42,317 nt of DNA from Chloroflexi bacterium RBG_16_64_43. Its GTDB lineage: Bacteria > Chloroflexota > Anaerolineae > Anaerolineales > RBG-16-64-43. The notes under the pieces are model-generated. The model saw only the letters and a list, made by a program, of their open reading frames with translations. It searched no databases and was not told where the DNA came from. The DNA lies in NCBI GenBank assembly GCA_001796965.1, contig MGOA01000050.1, positions 1 through 42,317 on the forward strand, read 5' to 3'. Positions 27,707 to 36,443 of the stretch are shown here, piece after piece. Numbering within the stretch: position 1 is the first letter of the stretch; every line of letters starts with the position of its first letter. The translations under genes and the position numbers were made by a program.

Positions 27707-27736
27707 TTGACCCAGGCTTGAGCAGGGGGGTACAAT
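27707..27736 (+). promoter_or_regulatory. sigma70-type promoter for the DUF3048 triplet
   Basis: TTGACC (27707-27712), 18-nt spacer, TACAAT (27731-27736). GGAATTC follows at 27741-27747, near the predicted TSS. Confidence 0.5.
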
Positions 27737-27850
27737 CCGCGGAATTCTCGCTGAGCGGAGAGGCGGGCACGGGGCCGCATGCGCCCGCTGCTTCATCCTC
27801 TCCCTTTCACCGGCGGGAGATACACGGATGATATGGAAGGAAGGACACGC

Positions 27851-29095
27851 ATGAAGCGCCGCCAACTCTGGACGCGTCTCGCACTTCTGACACCCATTGC
27901 CATCAGCCTGGCGTGCAGCTTGCCCGAGATCATCGCGCCGATCGCCACCCCTGGATCGGCGGCCGAGACACCTGGGCAGGAGGCCACGCTCATTCCTGTC
28001 GACCCAACGTCGGCCGCAGGCACTGAGACCGCGCCCGGCACAACGCCTGAGGCCACGCTGGTCCCGACGGCTGAATTACCCACCGAGTCGCCTCTGGCAC
28101 CGGTCGTATACCCGGTGGGGCCCGACAACTTCTCTGAGGACATCAACCCGCTGACCGGGTTGCGCGTGGCCGAGCAGGCGCTGCTTGAGCGCCGGCCGCT
28201 GGCGATCAAGGTGTCGAATTTCCCGCGCAGCGCCCGTCCGCAGGCAGGGCTCTCGCAGGCCGATCTAATCTGGGAGTACTACACCGAATCTGGCAGTACC
28301 CGATTCCTGGCAATGTACTACGGCCAGGAAGCGAGCAAGGTGGGACCCATCCGTTCGGCCCGCGTGGAGGATACACGCATCGTCCCGCTCTACAACGCCA
28401 TCCTCGTCCATGTTCAGGCTTACCAGGATGTGTGGGATCAGATGTACTCCTCCGGGGTGGATTTCATAAACGAATTCCCTGCCTCGTGCCCGGCCATTTG
28501 CCGCGACGCGAATGAGAAGATCAAAGAGAACTCCGCCTTCGGCAACACGGTGGAACTGACGAAGTATGCCGGCATCGTTCGCCTTCTGCGCGATCGCCCC
28601 AACCTGAACGGGATGGTGTTCGACTCGGCCACGCCCGCCGGGGGAGGTGATGCGGCATCGTTGTGGGTACGCTTTTCGGCGGCGGCCCTGGGGGAGTGGC
28701 GCTACGATGCGGTCTCCGATTCCTACTTACGCTCTTCGGAGAGCGAGTCCGGCGCGATGGTGGCGCTCAACGACCGCGTGACCGGAAGACAACTCTCGGT
28801 AGCCAACGCGGTCATTCTGTTCGTGCCGTTCAACCGCTACGTCGGCAAGACGACCACCGCTGAAATGTGGGATCTCATCATCAGCGGCGAGGGCAAGGCC
28901 GTCTTCTTCCGCGATGGCAAGGTGTTCGAGGGCACCTGGAAACGAGTCTCGGCCAGCCAACCGCTCCAATTGCTCGGTCCATCGGGCTCGCTCTTCGCCC
29001 TCCAGCCAGGAAGCACGTGGATCGGGGTCATCGGCAAGAACTCGGGCGTAACGCGAGATGCCACGCAATGGCAGTTCCGCATGGCATGGCCATGA
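27851..29095 (+). CDS. DUF3048 (YerB-like) lipoprotein, paralog 1
   Basis: ATG 27851 follows GGAAGGAAGGA. Lipobox IAISLAC, then a Pro/Thr/Ala/Glu linker. DUF3048 core: INPLTGLRVAEQALLERRPLAIKVSNFPRSARPQAGLSQADLIWEYYTESGSTRF...VGPIRSAR. Confidence 0.85.
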   Translation: MKRRQLWTRLALLTPIAISLACSLPEIIAPIATPGSAAETPGQEATLIPVDPTSAAGTETAPGTTPEATLVPTAELPTESPLAPVVYPVGPDNFSEDINPLTGLRVAEQALLERRPLAIKVSNFPRSARPQAGLSQADLIWEYYTESGSTRFLAMYYGQEASKVGPIRSARVEDTRIVPLYNAILVHVQAYQDVWDQMYSSGVDFINEFPASCPAICRDANEKIKENSAFGNTVELTKYAGIVRLLRDRPNLNGMVFDSATPAGGGDAASLWVRFSAAALGEWRYDAVSDSYLRSSESESGAMVALNDRVTGRQLSVANAVILFVPFNRYVGKTTTAEMWDLIISGEGKAVFFRDGKVFEGTWKRVSASQPLQLLGPSGSLFALQPGSTWIGVIGKNSGVTRDATQWQFRMAWP

Positions 29096-29167
29096 TCGAC
29101 GGCTTGGGAGGATCGTGAGCCAGATGGAGTCTCGGTGACAACCGTTCAAAAGATACGTCGCCCGCAC

Positions 29168-30373
29168 ATGTCGCGCTGGCCTGTGCGGGCGACGGGCATT
29201 GCGTTGCTGGCGGCCACCCTCGGGTGTCAGGGGCTGACGCTGAGCCTTGCGCCCTCTCCCGCGGCGCCGACATCGACTCTGGCGCCTGGGCGGGCGGCGA
29301 CCACCTTACCGCAGCCCGACCCGCAGGCAACTCTCGGGTCACCTCCCACTGGGTCCAACCCGGGCGCAACTCTCGAACCGACCGCCACCGAAGGCGCGCT
29401 ACCCGTTGCCACGAACGCTGCGCTGGCGATCAACCCGCTCACCGGCCTGCCAGTGGCGGACGCCAGCCTGATCCAGCGCCGCCCGATCGGCATCAAGGTC
29501 TCGAACTATCCCCGCACCGCCAGGCCGCAGGCCGGCCTTTCGTTCGCCGACCTGCTTTATGAGTTCTATCAGGAAGCAGGCGATACACGCTTCCATGCCG
29601 TCTTTCTGAGCAACGATGTCGAGAAAGTCGGGCCAATTCGTTCCGGGCGCAAAGTAGATGCGAACCTGCAGCAGCTCTACCAGTCGCTGCTGATCTTCAA
29701 CGCCGCCGATTACCGGGTGTGGGAATACTTCCACGAAACGCCTTCAAGGGAGTACATCATCCCCGAAGGCCCCGCGCCCTGCCCGGCCCTGTGCCGCGAT
29801 TCGTCGCAAGCGCAGGTCAACAGCCTGTATGCCAACACGGCGGCGTTGCGCAAGGCCGCGGATGCGCTGAAGATCCCGAATATTGCGCCGGATCTGAGCG
29901 GCATGACCTTCGATACCGCGCCGCCAACAGCCGGCGCCCCCGCATCCAGTGTGCTGGTGCGCTTCTATACGGATAACGCGCGCGCCGAGTGGCGCTACGA
30001 CCCGGCCACGCAGAAATACTCCCGCTGGTCGGAGACCTCCAGTGGGGGCATGGCACCGCTCAAGGATCGCTTGACCGGCCAGCAATTGACCGTCTCCAAT
30101 TTGGCGGTGGTCTTTGTTACCTTCTATCGCCCCCAGCGGGTCGAAATCTACGACGTGATGTTGTATGGCACCGGGCGGGCGGTGCTGTTTCGCGACGGCG
30201 TGGCAACCGAGGGCGGCTGGTTGGTGGCCAACCCGGACCAACCGCTGCAGTTCTCCAGTTCATCCGGCCCGTTTGCCTTCCATCCCGGGGTGACCTGGAT
30301 CGCATTGATCGGTGAGAATTCCACCTTCACCCAGTTGGACGGGAATTGGCGATTCGAGTTCGACTTCCCATAG
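29168..30373 (+). CDS. DUF3048 (YerB-like) lipoprotein, paralog 2
   Basis: ATG 29168 (GTG 29135 is possible). Lipobox LAATLGC. Core: INPLTGLPVADASLIQRRPIGIKVSNYPRTARPQAGLSFADLLYEFYQEAGDTRF...VGPIRSGR. Confidence 0.85.
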   Translation: MSRWPVRATGIALLAATLGCQGLTLSLAPSPAAPTSTLAPGRAATTLPQPDPQATLGSPPTGSNPGATLEPTATEGALPVATNAALAINPLTGLPVADASLIQRRPIGIKVSNYPRTARPQAGLSFADLLYEFYQEAGDTRFHAVFLSNDVEKVGPIRSGRKVDANLQQLYQSLLIFNAADYRVWEYFHETPSREYIIPEGPAPCPALCRDSSQAQVNSLYANTAALRKAADALKIPNIAPDLSGMTFDTAPPTAGAPASSVLVRFYTDNARAEWRYDPATQKYSRWSETSSGGMAPLKDRLTGQQLTVSNLAVVFVTFYRPQRVEIYDVMLYGTGRAVLFRDGVATEGGWLVANPDQPLQFSSSSGPFAFHPGVTWIALIGENSTFTQLDGNWRFEFDFP

Positions 30374-30421
30374 CGGGAGATGCCTCACCTTGCTGAAGCA
30401 TTCAGACCAGGAGGCGGTGCG

Positions 30422-31651
30422 ATGGCCACTTCACGGACATTGACTAGCCGAGGGATCGTGTTGCTGGCGCTGAGTGCAGTGTTGATCGGATGCACGCAGC
30501 CACTGGCACTGCTGCCCGGCGAACAGGGTATCGCGCCGGCGGAAGCGACCCCGACTGCGGCCGAAGCGCCTGTTTCTGAACCGCCAACCTTAACGCCTTC
30601 CCTCGCGCCTGAGCTGCCCGAGGCGACACCCACCGCAACGGAAGTCCCGACAGCCACCGCCTCGCCGACTCCTGCACTGCTGGGGCCGGCCTTTGCTCCG
30701 GGGATCGATCCTCTAACCGGACTTGCGGTGGATGACCCCGCCTTGCTCGATCGGCGGCCGATGGGTATCAAGGTCTCGAACTTCCCGCGCAGCTTGCGCC
30801 CGCACACGGGGCTCTCTCTGGCCGACCTGGTGTTCGAGTACTACACCGAGGAAGGCATGACCCGCTTCCTGGCGTTCTACCTTGGGCACGACGCCCCGAA
30901 GGTCGGCCCGATGCGCTCGGTGCGCCTGGTGGATGGCCAGCTGGTGAAAATGTACAACGGCGTTCTGGGCTTCGTCGGCGGCGACCCGTTCGTGCTTGGC
31001 CGCGTGATCGGGATGATCGGTTCGTCGCGGGCGTTCAGCCAGTCGCCCTCCACCTGCCCGGCCATCTGCAGAGAGGGCAACGGTAACGTCAACAGCGTCT
31101 TCGCCGATACGGCGGAGCTGACCGTCCTGGCCAAATCGCAGGGGGCGCAAGACCTGAACGGCATGGTCTTCTCGAGTGAACCGCCGCTCGCGGGCGTGCC
31201 CGGGACTCGTGTGCACGTCCAGTTCTCAAACGGGGCCCGTGCCGAGTGGCGCTGGAGCAGCGAACTTGGCGCTTATCAGCGTTGGTCTGAAGATGTACTG
31301 GAAGGCCGGATCGTGATGGAGCCTCTGACCGACCGCCTCACTGAAGCGCAGATCCAATCCCCCAATGTGGTCGTGGCCTACGCCTGGTATGCGCGCGGAT
31401 CGGGCAACGAGAAGTACAACATCGAGTTCGTGTATCGCAAGCGCGGCCGGGCCCAGGTGTTCCGCGACGGGATGATGGTCGAGGGTTTTTGGCTGGCCGA
31501 GGACGCAATCAGCCCGCTGCAGTTCATCGACGGCGCGGGTGACCCCCTGCCGCTTAAGCCGGGAGCCACGTGGATCGAGGTGGTGGGCGAGAATTCAACT
31601 CCCACCGAGACGGCGCCCGGCGAGTGGAACGTGCGCTTCCGTTTCCCCTAG
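30422..31651 (+). CDS. DUF3048 (YerB-like) lipoprotein, paralog 3
   Basis: ATG 30422 lies 7 nt after AGGAGG (30409-30414); ATG 30380 is possible. Lipobox SAVLIGC. Core: IDPLTGLAVDDPALLDRRPMGIKVSNFPRSLRPHTGLSLADLVFEYYTEEGMTRF...VGPMRSVR. Confidence 0.85.
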   Translation: MATSRTLTSRGIVLLALSAVLIGCTQPLALLPGEQGIAPAEATPTAAEAPVSEPPTLTPSLAPELPEATPTATEVPTATASPTPALLGPAFAPGIDPLTGLAVDDPALLDRRPMGIKVSNFPRSLRPHTGLSLADLVFEYYTEEGMTRFLAFYLGHDAPKVGPMRSVRLVDGQLVKMYNGVLGFVGGDPFVLGRVIGMIGSSRAFSQSPSTCPAICREGNGNVNSVFADTAELTVLAKSQGAQDLNGMVFSSEPPLAGVPGTRVHVQFSNGARAEWRWSSELGAYQRWSEDVLEGRIVMEPLTDRLTEAQIQSPNVVVAYAWYARGSGNEKYNIEFVYRKRGRAQVFRDGMMVEGFWLAEDAISPLQFIDGAGDPLPLKPGATWIEVVGENSTPTETAPGEWNVRFRFP

Positions 31652-31838
31652 GAGCACACCGAGAAACCGCGACTGGCCCTTGCCCTCACCCCTTACCTGT
31701 ATCCGCCGCAACCTTCTCCGTCCGAGTTAGCCACTCAGCGTAGAGCCTGCCCTGCAAGGGGGGGCAGAGGGTGAGGAGGGCAGTGCTTCCGCAACAATTT
31801 TGACAATTCTGAGTCGCAAGGCCGGCGATTTGAATCCA

Positions 31839-31862
31839 CCGGGGCAGCCATGGCTGCCCCGG
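31839..31862. terminator. Perfect 24-nt palindrome, a bidirectional terminator candidate
   Basis: ccggggcagcca|tggctgccccgg lies between the convergent DUF3048-3 (stop 31651) and UPF0316 (stop 31905) genes. Confidence 0.5.
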
Positions 31863-31904
31863 TGTGGTTGACGCCCTGTGTCGCTCTTGGACCACGGCCG
31901 GCCG

Positions 31905-32432
31905 CTACGCCCTCCAGAACCCGTGGCGCACCGGGCGCACGTCCTGTACGGTGACGAAGGCACCCGGGTCGCATCCCGCCACCAGCCCCTGCACGCGATC
32001 GATATCCTTGCGCAGAACGCTGGCGTTGAGCACGGCCACCGTGCCATCCTTGCCGCGGCCGGCCATCTCGGTCACCGCGTAGCCGTGCGCCCGCAGCGCC
32101 TCGGCGATGGCGCTGCCGCGAGTGGACGAAATGATACGCATATGTCCGTGGCCGATAGCCAGGCGCTCCTCCAGCAGCATCCCGACCACCACCCCGGTGG
32201 CAAATCCGCCGGCGTAGCCCACGATGTTCCATACATTCTTCAGATTGGAAAGCACTGTGGTGATGGCCACGACGAAGATGGCCGATTGCAGGAAGCCCAT
32301 CACCCAGGCCAGCCCCTTGCGTCCGCGCACGACGAGCAAGAATCTCACCGTGTCGAGGGCCATATCGATGACCCGCAGGGAGAAGATGAGCAGAGCGCTC
32401 AACCAGGGAGCAAGCGTGCCTAGATCCGGCAT
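31905..32432 (-). CDS. UPF0316 family membrane protein (DUF5698 + DUF2179)
   Basis: C-terminal 175 aa of ORF 31905..32765. ATG 32432 follows AGGAGG. Three N-terminal TMs (FSLRVIDMALDTVRFLLVVRG...) and a soluble C-terminal DUF2179-like domain (MRIISSTRGSAIAEALRAHGYAVTEMAGRGKDG). It starts 8 nt after the glgP stop. Confidence 0.8.
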   Translation of the reverse strand: MPDLGTLAPWLSALLIFSLRVIDMALDTVRFLLVVRGRKGLAWVMGFLQSAIFVVAITTVLSNLKNVWNIVGYAGGFATGVVVGMLLEERLAIGHGHMRIISSTRGSAIAEALRAHGYAVTEMAGRGKDGTVAVLNASVLRKDIDRVQGLVAGCDPGAFVTVQDVRPVRHGFWRA

Positions 32433-32440
32433 ATGGCCTC

Positions 32441-34639
32441 CTACGAGGGGTTCGACGAGGAAACAGGGAGGGGCTCCGCGCCACCTGCCATCTGCATCGC
32501 GGGTAGATACAGCTCGCGCAGGTAATCCTTGAGCATGCGCTGCGTGCTGAAGTGCGGGGCCAGCGTGCGGATGGACTCCTTTATGCGCGCCACCCATTCT
32601 CCCGGGACATTTTCGGCCGAGCGCTTGTAATAGAGCGGGACGATTTCGTTCTCGAGAAGTTCGTACAATCCCGCAGCCTCCGCGGCCGGCGGCGCTTCGG
32701 GCGCGGTCAGGCCGTCTTCGCCGATGGCCCATCCATTGTGTCCGTTGTAGCCCTCGCGCCACCAACCATCCAGCGCCGAGAGGTTTAGCCCGCCGTTAAG
32801 CGCCGCCTTTTGTCCGGAGGTGCCCGAGGCCTCCTGCCGCGGAAGGGGTGTGTTCAGCCAGACGTCGACGCCCTGCACCAGGTAGCGTGCCAGGTTCAAG
32901 TCGTAGTCCTCGAGGAAGACCAGCCGCCCGCCGCACTCCGCTCGCTTGGCCAGCCGATAGACCTCTTGCAGCAAACGCTTGGCCGGTTCATCGGCCGGAT
33001 GCGCCTTGCCGGCGAAAATGATTTGAACCGGCGTGTTGGGGCGGTTCAGCAAGCGCAGCAAACGGTCGAAGTCCGATAAGATCAGGCTGGCGCGCTTGTA
33101 GGTGGCAAAGCGCCGGGCAAAGCCGATGGTGAGTGCATACGGGTCGAGCAGCGCGCCCGCCGCCAAGGCTTGTACCGGATGCACGTGATCGCTGAGCCAC
33201 AAACGCCGCGTCCGCTCGCGGATGTAAGCAACCAGCCTGCGCTTGAGATGCTTGCGCACCGCCCACAGTTCACCGTCCGGGATGCGGCGCACCGCTTCCC
33301 ACACGAGCGGGTCGTCGACGCGTTCGCGCCAGCCCTCCGGCAGGTGACGGTCGAAGAGTGCACCCATCTGCCGCGCCAGCCAGGTGGCGCTGTGGATTCC
33401 GTTGGTAATGTGGGAGATGGGCACCTGGCTCTCGTCGAGGTCGGGCCATAACGCGTGCCACATGCGGCGCGCAACGTGGCCGTGGAGCTCCGAGACGGCA
33501 TTCGCTCGGCTCGAAAGACGCAGCGCGAGGACCGGCATTGAGAAGGTCTCGCCCCAGGCCTGCCGGTTGCGCCCCTGGTCGAGGAAGGTGTCGCGCTCCA
33601 GCCCCAGCTCGCCCCAATAGCCGGAGAAGAACTTTTCCACCACCCACAGCGGGAATTCATCGTTGCCCGCCGGCACCGGCGTATGCGTGGTGAACAAGGT
33701 CGTTTCGCGAACGCGCTGGATGGCCTCGGCGAAGGTGCGCCCGGCAGCCACATACTCGCGCGCCCGCTCGAGCAGCGCGAACGCCGAATGGCCTTCGTTC
33801 AGGTGCCAGGCGGTGGGGTTGTAGCCCAGCGCGCGCAGGGCGCGCACGCCGCCGATGCCGAGCACGATTTCCTGCGAGAGGCGCTGCTCCAATTCGCTGG
33901 TGTACAGGCGCGAGGTCAATTCGCGGTCGACCTCGCTGTTACCCTCGACATTGCTGTCGAGCAGATAGAGCGAGATGCGCCCCAGGCGCACCTGCCACAA
34001 GCGCGCCGCAACATCGCGCCCCGGCAGGTGAACCGAGACCGTCAGGGGTGCAGCATCCCGCCCGGTCACCGGCCACACGGGCAGGTTGTTGAAGTCGATC
34101 AGCTCGTACAACGCTTCTTGCCAGCCATCTTCGCTGATACGCTGGCGGAAGTATCCGCGCGTGTAGAGGAAACCCACCCCGACCATCGGCAGACCCAAGT
34201 CGCTGGCCTGCTTAAGATGATCGCCCGATAGAACCCCGAGGCCGCCCGCGTAAATAGGAAGCGACTCGTGCAGGCCGTACTCGCTGGAGAAGTAGGCGAT
34301 CGGACGGCGCACCAATTCCGCGTGCTCGCCCGCGAACCAGGTCTGCTCCGCCGCCAGGTAGGCGTCGAATGTGGCCAACACCTGGTCGTACTGCTCGAGG
34401 AAGGAGCGCTCGTTGGCTACCGCGTTTAGTAGAGGGCGCTTGATGTTGCGCAAGAAGTTGACCGGGTTGTGTCGGGCCAGCTCCCACGAAGATTCGTCGA
34501 TACGCCTGAACAGCCGCTGGGCGGATGGATTCCACGTCCACCACAAGTTGTAGGCCAGTTCGCCAAGCCGATCAATGCGCCGGGGCAGGGTCCCCAGACC
34601 GGCCGGCACGGCGTGTCCATCGCGCGCATCGGGCTGCAT
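32441..34639 (-). CDS. glgP: Alpha-glucan phosphorylase (GT35, DUF3417-containing GlgP type)
   Basis: N-terminal DUF3417 signature (LAYNLWWTWNP), then YFSSEYGLHESLPIYAGGLGVLSGDHLK, and a PLP-Lys region (EASGTSGQKAALNGGLNLS). Confidence 0.9.
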   Translation of the reverse strand: MQPDARDGHAVPAGLGTLPRRIDRLGELAYNLWWTWNPSAQRLFRRIDESSWELARHNPVNFLRNIKRPLLNAVANERSFLEQYDQVLATFDAYLAAEQTWFAGEHAELVRRPIAYFSSEYGLHESLPIYAGGLGVLSGDHLKQASDLGLPMVGVGFLYTRGYFRQRISEDGWQEALYELIDFNNLPVWPVTGRDAAPLTVSVHLPGRDVAARLWQVRLGRISLYLLDSNVEGNSEVDRELTSRLYTSELEQRLSQEIVLGIGGVRALRALGYNPTAWHLNEGHSAFALLERAREYVAAGRTFAEAIQRVRETTLFTTHTPVPAGNDEFPLWVVEKFFSGYWGELGLERDTFLDQGRNRQAWGETFSMPVLALRLSSRANAVSELHGHVARRMWHALWPDLDESQVPISHITNGIHSATWLARQMGALFDRHLPEGWRERVDDPLVWEAVRRIPDGELWAVRKHLKRRLVAYIRERTRRLWLSDHVHPVQALAAGALLDPYALTIGFARRFATYKRASLILSDFDRLLRLLNRPNTPVQIIFAGKAHPADEPAKRLLQEVYRLAKRAECGGRLVFLEDYDLNLARYLVQGVDVWLNTPLPRQEASGTSGQKAALNGGLNLSALDGWWREGYNGHNGWAIGEDGLTAPEAPPAAEAAGLYELLENEIVPLYYKRSAENVPGEWVARIKESIRTLAPHFSTQRMLKDYLRELYLPAMQMAGGAEPLPVSSSNPS

Positions 34640-34670
34640 CCGTTTCTCCTGATTGCAGGCTAATCGGGCA

Positions 34671-34679
34671 ACTATAACA
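34671..34679 (-). promoter_or_regulatory. Candidate extended -10 promoter (TGtTATAGT) for glgP
   Basis: The + strand actataaca reads TGTTATAGT on the minus strand, about 32 nt upstream of ATG 34639. The RBS AGGAGAAA lies in between. Confidence 0.4.
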
Positions 34680-34807
34680 TACCCATTTGTCGCACGCGTG
34701 TACCGGATGTGGCGTGCGCACGTGAAGGAGGCGCGCGCATCGGACGGCCGCAGGTGAAGGTGGGCGCGTAAGGCGTGAACCGTCAGCAGAAAGAGGAGAG
34801 GGTGGAG

Positions 34808-35545
34808 CTAGAAATCTGCGCGCAGGACTCGCGAGCCGGTGGGCGCAAGGCTGCCCCCGGCGGGTTCGACAGTTACGCCGATGCCGCGATAGGCGGTCAT
34901 TGCTGACTCCGCGTGAAAGATGATCGACGTATACGGCATGGCGCGCGAGACCGCGAACAACCCACCGCTGGTGCGCGTGCCGTCCGGGGCGATCATCCAG
35001 ACTTGGTAGGTCTGCGCGGATTCGAGCGCCGGTAGCCCCCAGGCGATGAGCACGCCCAGGCGTTGATCCGCGTCGATGACGACGGTGCCGCCCGCGTTTT
35101 CGCCGATCACGGGAAGGCTGCGTGCGCCCGGGTACGCCACCAGCGCGAGTGCGGTCTGATTGATTTGCAGCTGCTCGCCCATACTGTTCACTTGTCGCTG
35201 AAGACCCATCACCTGTGTGAGCAGCCCCACGCTCACGCCAAGGGCGAGCACCAAACCGGCCAGAGCGCCGGCCATCGAGAACGAGATGCGGCGAGGCGAG
35301 GCGGCCGGGCGGCGTACCTTGGCCATCTCGGCCAACAGCGTAGCGCGCACCCGTGCGGGAGGCACGCGCTCCGCCACGGCGTGTAGTAGTCCTTCACCGA
35401 TTGCCTGATAGGACAGCGCTTCGCGGTGGCAGGATGGGCAGACGGCCAGATGCGCCTGCAGCGCGGCGCCCTGATCGGTCGTCAACGCGCCCAGCGCATG
35501 GGCTCCCATGGATTCACGTGCAGATTGATGCGAAAGGGCTTTCAC
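34808..35545 (-). CDS. Anti-sigma factor (zf-HC2 N-terminus, one TM, RskA-like C-terminal domain)
   Basis: HLAVCPSCHREAL (H-x3-C-x2-C), TM ALAGLVLALGVSVGLL, and a C-terminal YQVWMIAPDGTRTSGGLF...GVTVEPAGG. GTG start at 35545; ATG at Met13 is also possible. Confidence 0.75.
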   Translation of the reverse strand: MKALSHQSARESMGAHALGALTTDQGAALQAHLAVCPSCHREALSYQAIGEGLLHAVAERVPPARVRATLLAEMAKVRRPAASPRRISFSMAGALAGLVLALGVSVGLLTQVMGLQRQVNSMGEQLQINQTALALVAYPGARSLPVIGENAGGTVVIDADQRLGVLIAWGLPALESAQTYQVWMIAPDGTRTSGGLFAVSRAMPYTSIIFHAESAMTAYRGIGVTVEPAGGSLAPTGSRVLRADF

Positions 35546-35861
35546 GAAATTGGCTCATGAGCGGAGAAACGCCCGCCACCACGTGATACGCCCAGACCCG
35601 GGCATTTGGATTTACCGGCGGGCGAAGCTCTGTTCGGGTCTGGCTGCCACTCCGCTTTCTCATTCCGGCTGCGCCGCCACGGCCATATCCACACGTCGCG
35701 GGCGCTTTGTTCATGTCCGCGGCCACCCCATCCCAAGGGGGAAGGTGCGACATGCGCCCACGCGGTGATACGGGCGCGGCGGCCGCAGCCGCAGGCTGGT
35801 TCTTTTTGTGGGTGCGATTCAACGGCATAGGCAGCAAGGCCGCATCTTCTGCGGCGCAAGG

Positions 35862-36410
35862 CTAATCGGGGGCGAACCATTCCTTTCGCAGCCGCGCCAT
35901 GCCGAGGCGTATGCGAGTCTTGACCGTACCGATCGGCCAACCCAGCGCCTTGGATATCTCGCTGTGGCTTAGGCCGCGATAGAAGGCAAGCTCGATTGGC
36001 TGGCGCTGGGCTTCGGGGAGCGCGCCAACGGCCAGGTGCAACGCGCGCCAGCGGGCTTCGTCACCCTGGCTGGATTGATCCGGCAGCACGGCCCATGTCT
36101 CATCGGGATCGGTCTCATCGCTCAGAGGCGGCCGGCGCTGCTCGACCCGCAGGCGGTCGAGAGCGGTGCGCCGGGCGATGGTCAGAAGCCAGGTGGAGAC
36201 CGCTCCACGGGCGGGCAGGTATCGGTCCGCGTGCGCCCAGAGCTTGAGGAAGACGTCTTGTGTCACTTCCTCAGCTGCCATCGCCTCGCCCAGCATGCGT
36301 GTGGCCAGCCCGAGCACCTTCCCGGCGTAGCGGTCGTAGAGGTGCAGCAGTGCGCGCTGGTCACGGGCGGCGAGGCCCGCGATCAATTGCTGATCGGTTG
36401 CTTCCGACAA
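35862..36410 (-). CDS. ECF (group 4) RNA polymerase sigma factor
   Basis: Region 2 (VTQDVFLKLW, WLLTIARRTALDRLR) and region 4 HTH (FYRGLSHSEISKALGWPIGTVKTRIRLGMARLR). I prefer TTG 36410 (GGGGG 6 nt upstream) to the ORF-track TTG 36512, because a perfect TATAAT sits at 36443-36438 inside that extension. The start remains uncertain. Confidence 0.75.
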   Translation of the reverse strand: MSEATDQQLIAGLAARDQRALLHLYDRYAGKVLGLATRMLGEAMAAEEVTQDVFLKLWAHADRYLPARGAVSTWLLTIARRTALDRLRVEQRRPPLSDETDPDETWAVLPDQSSQGDEARWRALHLAVGALPEAQRQPIELAFYRGLSHSEISKALGWPIGTVKTRIRLGMARLRKEWFAPD

Positions 36411-36437
36411 GGTATGCCCCCGATGGAATTGCCTGCC

Positions 36438-36443
36438 ATTATA
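36438..36443 (-). promoter_or_regulatory. Candidate -10 box (TATAAT) for the ECF sigma gene
   Basis: The + strand attata reads as a perfect TATAAT on the minus strand, about 28 nt upstream of TTG 36410. Confidence 0.4.

Noticed and set aside
35514-35837. 107-aa ORF (and the 132-aa ORF 35542..35940) filling the sigma/anti-sigma spacer.
   Set aside because: Third-position G/C is only about 63% by my count. The composition is Ala/Arg/Pro/Gly-rich and non-protein-like, and both ORFs overlap the neighbouring real genes out of frame.
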